From positions 2,108,001 to 2,172,000 of the forward strand of contig OZ024751.1 of assembly GCA_964016885.1 (NCBI GenBank): DNA of 64,000 bases. Direction: 5' to 3'. Positions 1 through 9,970 of the stretch are shown here, piece after piece. The stretch's first letter is position 1. Every line of letters starts with the position of its first letter. A program made the translations under genes and the position numbers. Below the pieces are notes generated by a model, which did not search any database, had not been told where the DNA came from, and saw only the letters and a program-made list of their open reading frames with translations. The DNA comes from Eledone cirrhosa. Its lineage: Eukaryota.

Positions 1-1
1 A

Positions 2-304
2 AAGCTCGTTGATGTGGCTCCTATGTAGAGGTGTTCGGAGTTGGGGGTTTTAACCCTACAACCGTACACAAGGTTCTTCTTGAGACATTCATTACCAAGG
101 GGGCATGATTCGGGGTTTCTGCAGTTGCAGAGGGTGGTCGGCCTCTGCCTGTCTAGATTAGTGTTCTCATTATGTGTTACATGTTGGTCCTCCCCCATGC
201 TCGGTGGGGGGTCCTTGGGTCTGTTTGTGTTTCTTGGGTGGGCTCTGGATCCCTCCTTCCCTCCTTTCACATGGTTCTGCTGAGTGTTTGTATTGCCATC
301 TTCT
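2..304 (-). repeat. Inverted copy of the 3' coding region of the adjacent Penelope-like element (continues off the window start)
   Basis: 2-304 is the near-exact reverse complement of 2564-2866; ORFs 41..283(+) and 2585..2827(-) are nearly identical. Confidence 0.95.
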
Positions 305-481
305 TTTGACTTTTATTTAACTTTATTTTACACTACTCCGGAGTAACCAAACCAACCTGCGCACTTCGTCGAGTGCTCCAGCCTGCATACTGAGGTGTTG
401 GTATACAACCAACATAAACTCAAAATCTATCTAGCTCCCACACGGGTTGAGCGCTTCAAACAGTAGCGGACCTAAGTCACT

Positions 482-2909
482 ATGGATAAACTGGCAACCT
501 TAGCGTCACTGAAGGACATCCCCCTACCTGATAAACGAGAATACACCAGTGATCTCATCAAGAGTACGGACTCCCTCATCCGTAGGATGAGATGGAAGGC
601 GTTCCACTTCGAAAGAGGAACGCAGAAAACTACCAACACAGAAAACATGGAGTACCTTTTTCGATCAAGGAGAAATCCTCCCCACAACAGACTAATGGAG
701 GAGTTTGAAAACGAGATGATTAACATCATATCCAACCTCAAATTCTCCGGAAACCCAACCAGAAGTGAGGAGTACCTGAGACACCTGAGAAACCGGATTA
801 CAGAACTTAAAGGGACAACTGGAATACTTGTCCATGCTGACAAAACAAACAACCTCTACAACATGAACACTGAACTGTACAATAAGCTAATCCGCAGGGA
901 ACTGAGGAAGTGCTACAAAAAACACCTGGATTTACCCTGGATGAGATCAATGCCACAGCTTACAGGATTATATCCAGAATCGGCATAGAGGACAGGACGG
1001 CCCTATACCAACCAAGGGAGCCGCGGATTACCCTTAAAGACCACAAGTCAAACTTTGAGTCCGACCTCCCTGTCAGACTAATAGCCCCCTCCAAATATGA
1101 CCTAGGGATCGTCAGTAAAAGAATACTGGATAGGATTTTGCCCAAGCTTCGGAAGAAAACCAAATTACAGCAATGGTCATGCACGAGAGAAGTAATAGAA
1201 TGGTTCAAAATACTGCATGAGAAAAGTAGGACCAGCTTTATACAACTGGACATCGCAAGCTACTACTCCTCATTCTCACCCATAGTACTTAATAAGGCCC
1301 TATTTTTAGCGATGTCCAATACGGACCTAACCCGAGAGGAGGTGAGCATCATCCACGCCGCAAGAAAGACCTTAATCCGCTTCGATGGAGACCTTTGGAC
1401 CAGGAGTGATTGGCCAAATAACTTTGACATCACGATGGGCTCCAGCGACTCGGCGCAGGTAACGGACCTGGTTGGGCTCTACCTGCTGAAGCAGATAAAA
1501 GATGAAATCCCCTGCCTGGGCGGCGGATTATATCGTGACGATGCTCTATTCCCAGTACATGACCACAGCACCAATATGTTGGAGGGTATGAGGAGGCGTA
1601 TTCGCCATTTCTTTAAGAACCAGGGGCTCAGCATAGAAATAGACCCAAATAGGAAGGTAGTTAACTTCCTAGACACCACCCTAAACCTGAACACCGAGCA
1701 ATAATACCCCTACCACAAGCCCAACGAGAAACTCGTATATGTTAACGCCAAATCAAACCACCCTAGATCCATAACCAAGGCAGTGGTGAAGAGTGTCTCG
1801 GACAGGATCTCCAGCCTGTCCGCAAGTAAGGAAATATTCAACAACCACGTGGAATATTACAACGCAGCTCTAAAGAAGGCGGCACATGGACAAAATATAA
1901 CATATAGTCCGAAAAGCCGGGAGGTGGATAGCCCAACAGACACCCACAACCGCGTTGCCAGAGGGGGGAGGGCGAACCCTAACAATACAGGCAGAGCACA
2001 ATCAAATAGGCACCATATACCAGACACCACCACACGGGCGGTGGGGACTAGAGCGCTTGACCACGAGATGGAGCACAATATGAGTAGCAGTCTCAGGCGT
2101 GACGCTAACTACCCCAGGACGGACGACCCCAACCGCAGGACACGTGTGGGGGGGGGGGGGAAACGGGCCACCACCCCACGATGGATCTCCCGGGGCTGAC
2201 AACAACCACCCCACAAATCCGGGCCGCGAAGATAACAAAAAGTATAGAGCCCAAAAGGGAAGCAACAGTACGGAAACCACCAGCAACCCAACAAATCTCC
2301 AACAAATCACGAAGCCCCCCGACCCACACATATAGGAGGAGACACCGACAAATCACGTGGTACAACCCACCCTACTCAGCGGCCCTAAAGAAAAGCTTGG
2401 CCCGATTATTCTTTGGAGCACTTGACAAATGCTTCCCGAGGGACCACAGATACCACAGGATCTTCAACAGACACACTGTGAAGCTTTCGTATTCCACCAC
2501 GAGAAATTTGGCCCAACACATTGCTAGCATCAACAGAAGTAGGCTTAAAAACCACACACAACCAGAAGATGGCAATACAAACACTCAGCAGAACCATGTG
2601 AAAGGAGGGAAGGAGGGACTCAGAGCCCACCCAAGAAACACAAACAGACCCAAGGACCCCCCACCGAGCATGGGGGAGGACCAACATGTAACACATAATG
2701 AGAACACTAATCTAGACAGGCAGAGGCCGACCACCCTCTGCAACTGCAAAAACCCCGAATCATGCCCCCTTAGTAATGAATGTCTCAAGAAGAACCTTGT
2801 GTACGGTTGTAGGGTTAAAACCCCCAACTCCGAACACCTCTACATAGGAGCCACATCAACGAGCTTCGTTTGTTTGAATTCATATGACTCCAGTTCCTCA
2901 GTGAATTAA
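482..2909 (+). pseudogene. PLE reverse transcriptase-GIY-YIG endonuclease ORF, disrupted
   Basis: RT motifs QLDIASYYSS, FDITMGSSDSAQVTDLVGLYLL, GGLYRDDAL and VNFLD. Linker CNCKNPESCPL. GIY-YIG LVYGCRV...LYIGAT. Lesions: frameshift near the A-run ~917-922, in-frame TAA 1702-1704, frameshift near the G-run 2148-2160, and an apparent deletion in the endonuclease at ~2867. Confidence 0.9.
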
Positions 2910-2998
2910 CAACCCAACAAGGAACTGGGCATATCAGAGTATTGACAATATTATACACCTAAACAACATATGTACTTGTCTATACCATACTAATTCAA

Positions 2999-3053
2999 AC
3001 TGCCTGAAGAGGTCACAGCCAAAGATGGCTGTCACTGAAATATATATAGCAGT
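2999..3053 (+). ncRNA. Hammerhead ribozyme (type I, minimal) in PLE pLTR
   Basis: Stem I actgc/gcagt; core CTGAAGA 3004-3010; stem II gtcacagcc/ggctgtcac (1 mismatch); GAAA; palindromic tatata; AUA site; AATAAA at 3054. Confidence 0.8.
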
Positions 3054-3102
3054 AATAAACGAAGCTAAATTTTAATCATTTGACTTTTATTTAACTTTAT
3101 TT

Positions 3103-3104
3103 TA

Positions 3105-3198
<94 letters not shown>
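3103..3198. repeat. (TA)n microsatellite, representative of many (TA)n/(TG)n/(CA)n tracts across 3-29 kb
   Basis: Direct reading. Similar tracts at ~5205-5376, 5860-5917, 6525-6610, 8930-8990, 14311-14474, 14880-15112, 19825-20242, 20715-20848 and 23454-23560. Confidence 0.97.
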
Positions 3199-3203
<5 letters not shown>

Positions 3204-3482
3204 AGAAATGTAAGCTATCGCCGTATTTTGACTAAAGAAATTAAAGAAATTATTTAGCCTGATAGTGGGGTTAAGAACCCTCGGAGAAATGGAAAAAGAT
3301 GAGTATTGACGTACATAGGAGTCGAACCCACACCTTTGGTTATCCGGACCACTGTACGGACCACTGTACGTCAATACTCATCTTTTTCCATTTCTCCGAG
3401 GGTTCTTAACCCCACTATCAGGCTAAATCATTTCTTTAATTTCTGTAGTCAAAATACGGCGATAGCTTACATTTCTAATAAT
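3198..3482. mobile_element. Fold-back element with ~118-bp inverted arms and a tRNA-like (B-box) spacer
   Basis: Arms 3198-3315 and 3365-3482 are near-perfect reverse complements. The spacer on the minus strand reads tggtccggataaccaaaggtgtgggttcgactcc. Confidence 0.8.
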
Positions 3483-3614
3483 TTCAAACCCACTCGCTGT
3501 TTCGAAAATATTCTTACTTAATATATATATAAATATATATATATATTAATAAACCGTTATTTGTCTGCCTCTCTGTTTTGTTCCCGTATAAATTTGCACT
3601 ATATATATATATAT

Positions 3615-4060
3615 ACTAGACCTGAAAAATGCGCAACCTCAAAAGAGCCACAGAATGTTATAATAAACCTTCAAAAGTGTGGGACTAGAGTTGTTGCTAA
3701 AAAATATTGTAATCATTATCTATCGTACACTCTGTGGCATCCTTTTATAAAAAAGAGACTCATAACGAACTCAAGACGACATGATAATTATTTAAGCTAA
3801 TGTTCAATATCTCATATTAGATGTTTAGTAATGATTAATACGAAATACATTTAAACCGAATTCTATATTATATATCCACTTAAATAATTATCGCGTCGTC
3901 TTGAGTTCGTTATGAATCTCTTTTTTATAAAAAGATGCCACAGCGTGTATGATAGATAATGATTACAATATTTTTGAGCAAAAACTCTAGTCCCACACTT
4001 TTGAAGGTTTATTATAACATTCTGTGTCTCTTTTGAGCTTGCGCATTTTTCAGGTCTAGT
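3615..4060. mobile_element. Fold-back / MITE-like element with ~180-bp inverted arms
   Basis: 3615-3796 (actagacctgaaaaatgcgcaa...) is the slightly diverged reverse complement of 3879-4060, with an ~80-bp spacer. It starts at a (TA)n tract. Confidence 0.85.
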
Positions 4061-4894
4061 TTAATATTTTTTTAAGGCAACGCTTGTAATAACTCTAGTT
4101 AAACATGATATATATTAATAATAAATTATCGTTGTAATGTAATTAGATTATATAATTGTTATTTTATAAATGATCTTATAAATAATATTGTAAGATGTAT
4201 AAACATATTTTCAGACTTTTAATATTACAAAACAACTACAAAAAACAATCAATTTTAAATAAATATATTTTACATAATAATTGTTATAGTTGAATTAATA
4301 AAAATTAAATATTACATACAAATAGTCTTACATAATAATAAAAAAAATAATCTAACATAATAATAATAAAATAATCTAACATAAAACGAACAATAATATT
4401 GACAAATATACAAGTAAATATGATACAACCAATACTATAAGCATGTTATAACGGACTGAAAAAAAAAAAAGTTATTATAAATTTAAAAAATCATATATAA
4501 ATTAACAATATAACTTACCAAAACAAGAAAAATATTTTGATGATAAACGACGAAATTCAGGAGAAAGATTCGAAAGCGAAACGATAAATAAACGTACAAA
4601 CAAAGTGTCGGATGCTTTTGAGCAACAATTACTCTCATTGGTTGAATAGCCAATAATACGATACATTACAAAAGATGTTTGGCAGGGATCACCACGGCCA
4701 GCGAAACGCCTTGAATTTTTTATTCACAAACTACGCATATATGTCAGACATGCAGACTTAAAACATTCTGTTGTTAGTCACTGCGTGTCTAACAGATAGG
4801 GAGTCGATCGACTTTTGTCAAATAGGACCAACGAAACAATATTTCCGTTGGTCTTTTCCAATTGCTAATACTATCTATCGGTCGCAACTCCGGG

Positions 4895-4997
4895 TAAAAG
4901 GAGAAACGTGAAATAAAGTGTCTTGCTCAAGGACATAACACATCGCCTGGTCCAGGAATCGAACTAAAACCTCACGATTGCGAATCCAGTTCTCTAA
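4895..4997 (-). mobile_element. tRNA-derived SINE fragment with CORE-like domain
   Basis: The minus strand has a B-box-like gttcgattcc followed by tgtccttgagcaagacacttta, resembling the CORE-SINE motif. Confidence 0.6.
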
Positions 4998-5316
4998 TGG
5001 CGCGTTATATACGTTTATATAATTATATAAACGTATATAACGCACGCACACACATACCTACAGGTAAATACACATATGTTCACCAAACGTACATATACCA
5101 AAACTCAATGTACACATATACACAGCATGAATAAATATATATTTGATATATATTTATCCTTATCGAGCCCTCTTTGAATTTTAATTTTCACATTTATTAT
5201 TATTACTATATATATATATATACACATATATGTATATGTGTGTATGTATGTATCTGTGTATGTGTGGTTGTGTATATGTATAAGCGTGTGTGTATGTATG
5301 TATGTATGTGTACATG

Positions 5317-5364
<48 letters not shown>

Positions 5365-5857
5365 TATATATATATATGGGATAAAAAGTTATCGTTATAG
5401 GTAATCCAGTTAGAGGTTGTGTGTACTCTGTGTCGTGGATAGTTTTAACGTACGGCTTTGTTTGACTCAACAAGATGTTTCCATAGTTAGGCAGCGAGTA
5501 CGTGAGAATTCCTATGCAGGTTATACTTGGAGTAATAATAGTGAAAGATTGAAGAATAACATGGTCGGCTGTACAAACGGCTTTATTTCAAGTATTAACA
5601 ATTGTTTCATTGATCAGGTGATATAGGTCTGTTATTTATCTTAATTTTTCTTAATTTAACATTTAAAGTTAAGTATAACAAACCATATTGCTGTAGTTAG
5701 TATTTTTTCACCTTAGCAAATTTGGTCCTTACGATTCGAACACATGTATGTTTATATTAGTGTTCATCTCTCTTGTTTATTCAATTATATTGTACGGCTC
5801 GGAAAAGGTTTTTCTTAGATCTATTTAATTGTAAGAGACTACTCTGAGTCTTTAACT

Positions 5858-5919
<62 letters not shown>

Positions 5920-5921
<2 letters not shown>

Positions 5922-6519
5922 GAAAAAATGGCGTGCTGCGTGGTTGCATATGGGATACATATGAATAAAATTAGTCCTTCATCAGTGATCTTCCAGCCTT
6001 CATTGGTATTTCATCGCTTTAAAGATCATATATGCGAGCAACGACTAAAGAAAGTCGTTGGGACACGTAAATAGGGCAAACGAGCGAGACAGTAAACAAA
6101 CAAAGATGGTAATGCAACGAAAAGTGTGGAAGAATGGAGTCAAGTCCCTGAAATCGGTGAGCATAAGTTCTGTGAAATCGTTGACGAGAGATAAAGACCA
6201 TCCAACCTGGTTGAAATGTGAGCGAGAAAGAATTTTGTACAGGTCAAACGGGCGGAAGTGATGGAGAGGGAGTAGGAGAGAATAAGTGAGTGAAAGTGTG
6301 AGGAAGAGGCTAACAGAGAGAGTGACTGGCAGAGGGGGTAAAAAGAAATGAGAGATACAGAGAAAGGGGAAGCAGTAAGAAAGAAACAGACGGGTGACAG
6401 CGGAGAAAAATATATAAATATATGAAAAAATTGCGTGCTGCGTGGTTGCAAATGGGTTACATATGAATAAAATTAGTCCTTCATCAGTGATCTTCCAGCC
6501 TTCATTGGTATTTCATCTC

Positions 6520-6524
<5 letters not shown>
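5920..6524 (-). mobile_element. Non-coding element with ~100-bp terminal direct repeats (partial tandem, ~500-bp unit) inserted in (TA)n
   Basis: 5921-6022 is repeated at 6423-6524. The repeat contains CTGATGA on the minus strand. A diverged relative lies at ~19960-20070. Confidence 0.75.
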
Positions 6525-6610
<86 letters not shown>

Positions 6611-7568
6611 ATCAGGTGGCTCAGGCCATTATAACGTGGAATCTTAGTTTATGTCGATTTTAATTTTAATTATATCTCATATAAAATAATACAACTGGCT
6701 TTCCACAAAATACATATAGTTAGCACCCCAAACATAAAATTGGGATTATACTAAGGTATATCTTAATGTTTGTTGAGTGAGATGGTAGCCAGTCAGAGTA
6801 TAGCTTAAGGCTTTCTCTGTTATTGTATTGAATATTTTACTCTTGATTTGGCCAGAGATGTATATTTCCAGATACCTTTTAAGCGTAACTTTCCGTATTT
6901 TTTATTATTATGAAATATTGATTGTTATTTTGGTATCATATCTCTGTTTTTAGCCTAATAAAATATCTATATGCGTGCATAATTAATACATGCATACATT
7001 TATTTTTTTTTATTTAATTGAGTTCTTAACACGCAGGGTTAAAATTGTTGAAAAAACTAATTGACCCACGTGTAAATTATTTTACTTTCTTGTGTTTCGC
7101 GATTGCCTCCCTTTTCCGCTTCGTGACGCTGTGAAATTCCTCATTCTGAGACTGCTGGAATTTCAAATTTGGCGGTCATTATGATGCGTGGAGGGACAAT
7201 TTGCTGACACGAAAACTAAGTGCGGTAAGAGATTTTTTCTTATATCAATGTTTGACGGGCATCCACTGATGATTTATAAGTGCCCACCTGCATATGTTCT
7301 TACAGAAAAATATGCAGACTTCTACATACACCGGACACATTCTCCCAACTTGTAGAAAACTTATAATGAAACAATTGTTTGGAAAGAGAGAAATATTTTA
7401 ATTTTACTTATATCTCATATAAAATAATACAACTGGCTTTCCACAAAATACATATAGTTAGCACCCCAAACATAAAATTGGGATTATACTAAGGTATATC
7501 CTAATGTTTGTTGAGTGAGATGGTAGCCAGTCAGAGTATAGCTTAAGGCTTTCTCTGTTATTGTATTG
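6611..7568 (+). mobile_element. Non-coding pLTR/retrozyme-like element: ~738-bp unit with 160-bp direct repeat, carrying a hammerhead
   Basis: 6671-6830 is repeated almost exactly at 7409-7568. (TA)n flanks both sides. HHR at 7262-7383. Confidence 0.8.
7262..7383 (+). ncRNA. Hammerhead ribozyme with branched stem II insertion
   Basis: Stem I tcca/tgga; CTGATGA 7266-7272; stem II ttataagt/acttataa closed by U.U; inner hairpins ctgcatat/atatgcag and ttctaca/tgtagaa; GAAA 7368-7371; palindromic caattg; GUU site. Confidence 0.8.
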
Positions 7569-7619
7569 TATATATTTATATATATGTGTGTGTATGTATA
7601 TATATATATATATATATAG

Positions 7620-8374
7620 GGCGGGTAAAATTCCCGAGATTCAGTGGTCTCTGTCCCTCATTATCGCTGCCATGTCCTGCGTCTCCAAGAGACCGGTGTC
7701 TTTCCTTAGGGTGTCTTTTAACATATGTCAACGTCGGTCTCCCTCTTTTAGTGTGTCCGTGCAGGGGTTCCCATAGGAGCACTGAGTGTAGTGTCAACTC
7801 TGGATGTCGGTGAGCATGTCCAGCTAACCTTAGTCTTCTCTGTGCTACTTTCGAGCTGACATTTGCTAGGCTCCCGTACAGCTCTGAGACTTCATCCTCA
7901 GTGTTTACTTATTAATGTTAAAAGCCATCCTCAGCATTCTCGTTTAGCACCCATCCACCATCTGAGTGAGATTCCTGGTCAGTGTCCAAGTCTCAGACCC
8001 GTACAGCAGCACAGACTCCACTGTAGCAACGAAGAGACGGATCTTCAGGTCTTTACGAAGGTCCGACTTCCACACCGATTTCAAGCTGTGGCACGCCGCC
8101 CAGGCTTTGCTCTTCCTCTCAACCTCATCATCCTCTGTGTTCCCAATCTTTGCTCCCAAATATAGGAAGTTCTCAACCAATTCTAGCGGCTTCCCGCCTA
8201 CATTAGTAATCTTCTCTGGCTTCTTAATATTCTCTACCAGATACTTCGCCTTAATCTCATTCATTCTCAGCCCCACACTCATCGACAAAGTCTCCACCTC
8301 CCGCATCAACTCCTCTACCTCATTCACTGTGTTTGTCACCAGAACTATGTCGGCAAATTCAGCATCTGATACCT
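7620..8374 (-). pseudogene. RTE-clade LINE, 3' part of RT ORF and 3' end
   Basis: KVSDAEFAD(D)IVLV, FLYLGAKI, RLFVATVESVLLYGSETWTL and VLLWEPLHGHTKRGRP. Confidence 0.88.
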
Positions 8375-8820
8375 TGATTCTTAACAGGATCCAGCCCGAG
8401 ATGGAGAAGAAGCTCAGGAACAACCAGAACGGCTTCAGAGAGGGAAGATCAACCACCAGTCACATCCTGGTGCTGAGTCGGATATTAGAGGGAGCTAGAG
8501 CAAAGAGCCTTCCTGCTGTCATGGTTTTCATTGACTTTAGGAAGGCCTTTGATTCTGTGGACCGTCACTGCCTGATGAAGATCTTACAGGCTTATGGAAT
8601 GCCAAAGAAGATAGTGGACCTGAAATCACTGCTCTACACCAACACCAAAGCCCAAGTCATTACACCTGATGGGATGACGGAGTTCTTTGAGATACTGGCT
8701 GGAGTGCTTCAGGGCTCCCTACCTTTACATCATCGCAGTGGACTATTGTACGCGTCTTGCGCTGGAGCAACACCAGGACACTGGCTTTACTGTAACACTG
8801 GCTCAGAGCAAGAGAGTTAA
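8375..8820 (+). pseudogene. Inverted 5' segment of the same RTE LINE (RT N-terminal motifs)
   Basis: LNRIQPEMEKKLRNNQNGFREGRST, VFIDFRKAFDSV and GVLQG, then PYLYIIAVDY...GFTVTLAQSKRVK, ending at (TA)n. Confidence 0.88.
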
Positions 8821-8924
8821 GTATATATATATATATATACATCTGAATCATCGAGCGCTTGCCACACATCTCGGAAGTTGTTTTTCGTTAATTCCTAAGC
8901 CGAAATACGATTCTCGCTGATTTA

Positions 8925-8990
<66 letters not shown>

Positions 8991-8993
<3 letters not shown>

Positions 8994-9732
8994 GTGGTTA
9001 CACAACAGTTAGTTCACCTTACGGAGAACAATTGTTTCACCTTCGCGGATCTTCAGCTCGGGATGTGTATGGTTATAGGAACAGGAAGGACAACCGTACT
9101 AACGCGCATGCGCAGAAACTCGGCCACTTCACACAGGCAATACTAGACTGCGTGCGGGAGGTATAAGGGAGATAACTGCGAAAGTCCGGAAAGTTTTTAC
9201 GTTGAAAATAAAATTAAAATAATTAAAAATAAAATTACTAAGAATCAGTCCGGAGCCTTGTAGTTATGCAATAGATGTTTGGTGACGTGTGGACAACGTG
9301 TGAAAAATTCACTGCTCGTGTTTAGGCAATCACTATTGCGTAAGCTCTTTAGGATAGTTATTCGTTCGTCAATACATAAGCCACACGTCGGATTTCCCCT
9401 TGTGTATGGCTTGGACTTGAATGGAGTAGCCTATACTTGAGTCCTTGAGGGACCATACGTGGCTCGCGAGTTTCGTGGATGAACGTCTGTCCGGGTATCT
9501 GAAGGTTGACTAGTGGTTCAGGAAACGCTCCTTGAATCGGCCCTCCGCCATGCCCACATAGCATCTGACCTCCTGTGGTTCATTTGGTCGGTTGGAAGTG
9601 ACCACAGCTTCATAGATTACAGCTGGTGTGTTGCATTGCTGTTGAAGGGGGCAAGCTTCAGGCTTACGGCAAGAGAACCCTGGTGGGGTGTTGCTCCTAG
9701 GGCTGCTGATGATGTGGGCCTTCATGTTCATA
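8991..9732 (-). mobile_element. 5'-truncated Penelope-like element (GIY-YIG domain plus 3' pLTR)
   Basis: CRKPEACPLQQQC...VIYEAVV...YVGMAEGRFKERFLNH* continues in disrupted frames to CLNTSSEFFTRCPH. A hammerhead lies in the 3' non-coding part. Confidence 0.88.
9024..9059 (-). ncRNA. Minimal hammerhead ribozyme
   Basis: The minus strand reads gag CTGAAGA t cc gcgaa gg t GAAA caattg TT ctc. Confidence 0.72.
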
Positions 9733-9791
9733 TATATAGTTAAATAAGATAACAAGGACGATTGGTTACTCCTTCATTACGTTTATTGGTT

Positions 9792-9876
9792 GGTGACGCG
9801 CGTTTCGCCACTATCTAGCTCAAGGTTTGATCTGTATCGATCTGACCTGTCTCTGTAATCCGCGGCTCGTCAGACC
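9792..9876 (-). ncRNA. Hammerhead ribozyme with ~50-nt stem II insertion (solo pLTR-like fragment ~9735-9930)
   Basis: The minus strand reads ggt CTGACGA gccgc...gtggc GAAA cgcgcg TC acc, then AATAAA (9782-9787). GUC site. Confidence 0.82.
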
Positions 9877-9922
9877 CCTTGTAATGTTAATGGAAGAATC
9901 TTCCATTAACATCACAAGGGGT
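9874..9922. repeat. 49-bp near-perfect palindrome
   Basis: accccttgtaatgttaatggaaga-a-tcttccattaacatcacaaggggt. Confidence 0.9.
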
Positions 9923-9934
9923 TACACTCCCTGG

Positions 9935-9970
<36 letters not shown>

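Larger units (their letters stand above)
305..3104 (+). mobile_element. Penelope-like retroelement (PLE), near full length, with 5' pLTR remnant and 3' pLTR
   Basis: RT plus C-terminal GIY-YIG coding. The 26-bp terminus tttgacttttatttaactttatttta occurs at both 305-330 and 3079-3104. A hammerhead and AATAAA lie in the 3' pLTR, and the element ends in (TA)n. Confidence 0.92.

Noticed and set aside
3316-3364. Functional tRNA gene
   Set aside because: Only anticodon- and T-arm-like parts are present, with no D-arm or acceptor stem.
5590-5620. Hammerhead-like ctgatca-at-gaaacaattgtt on the minus strand
   Set aside because: The core is CTGATCA, and stem II and stem I are absent. At most it is a deleted relic.
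7966-8820. 284-aa ORF as a real gene
   Set aside because: It is a chimera of antisense LINE sequence and the inverted RT segment across the inversion junction.
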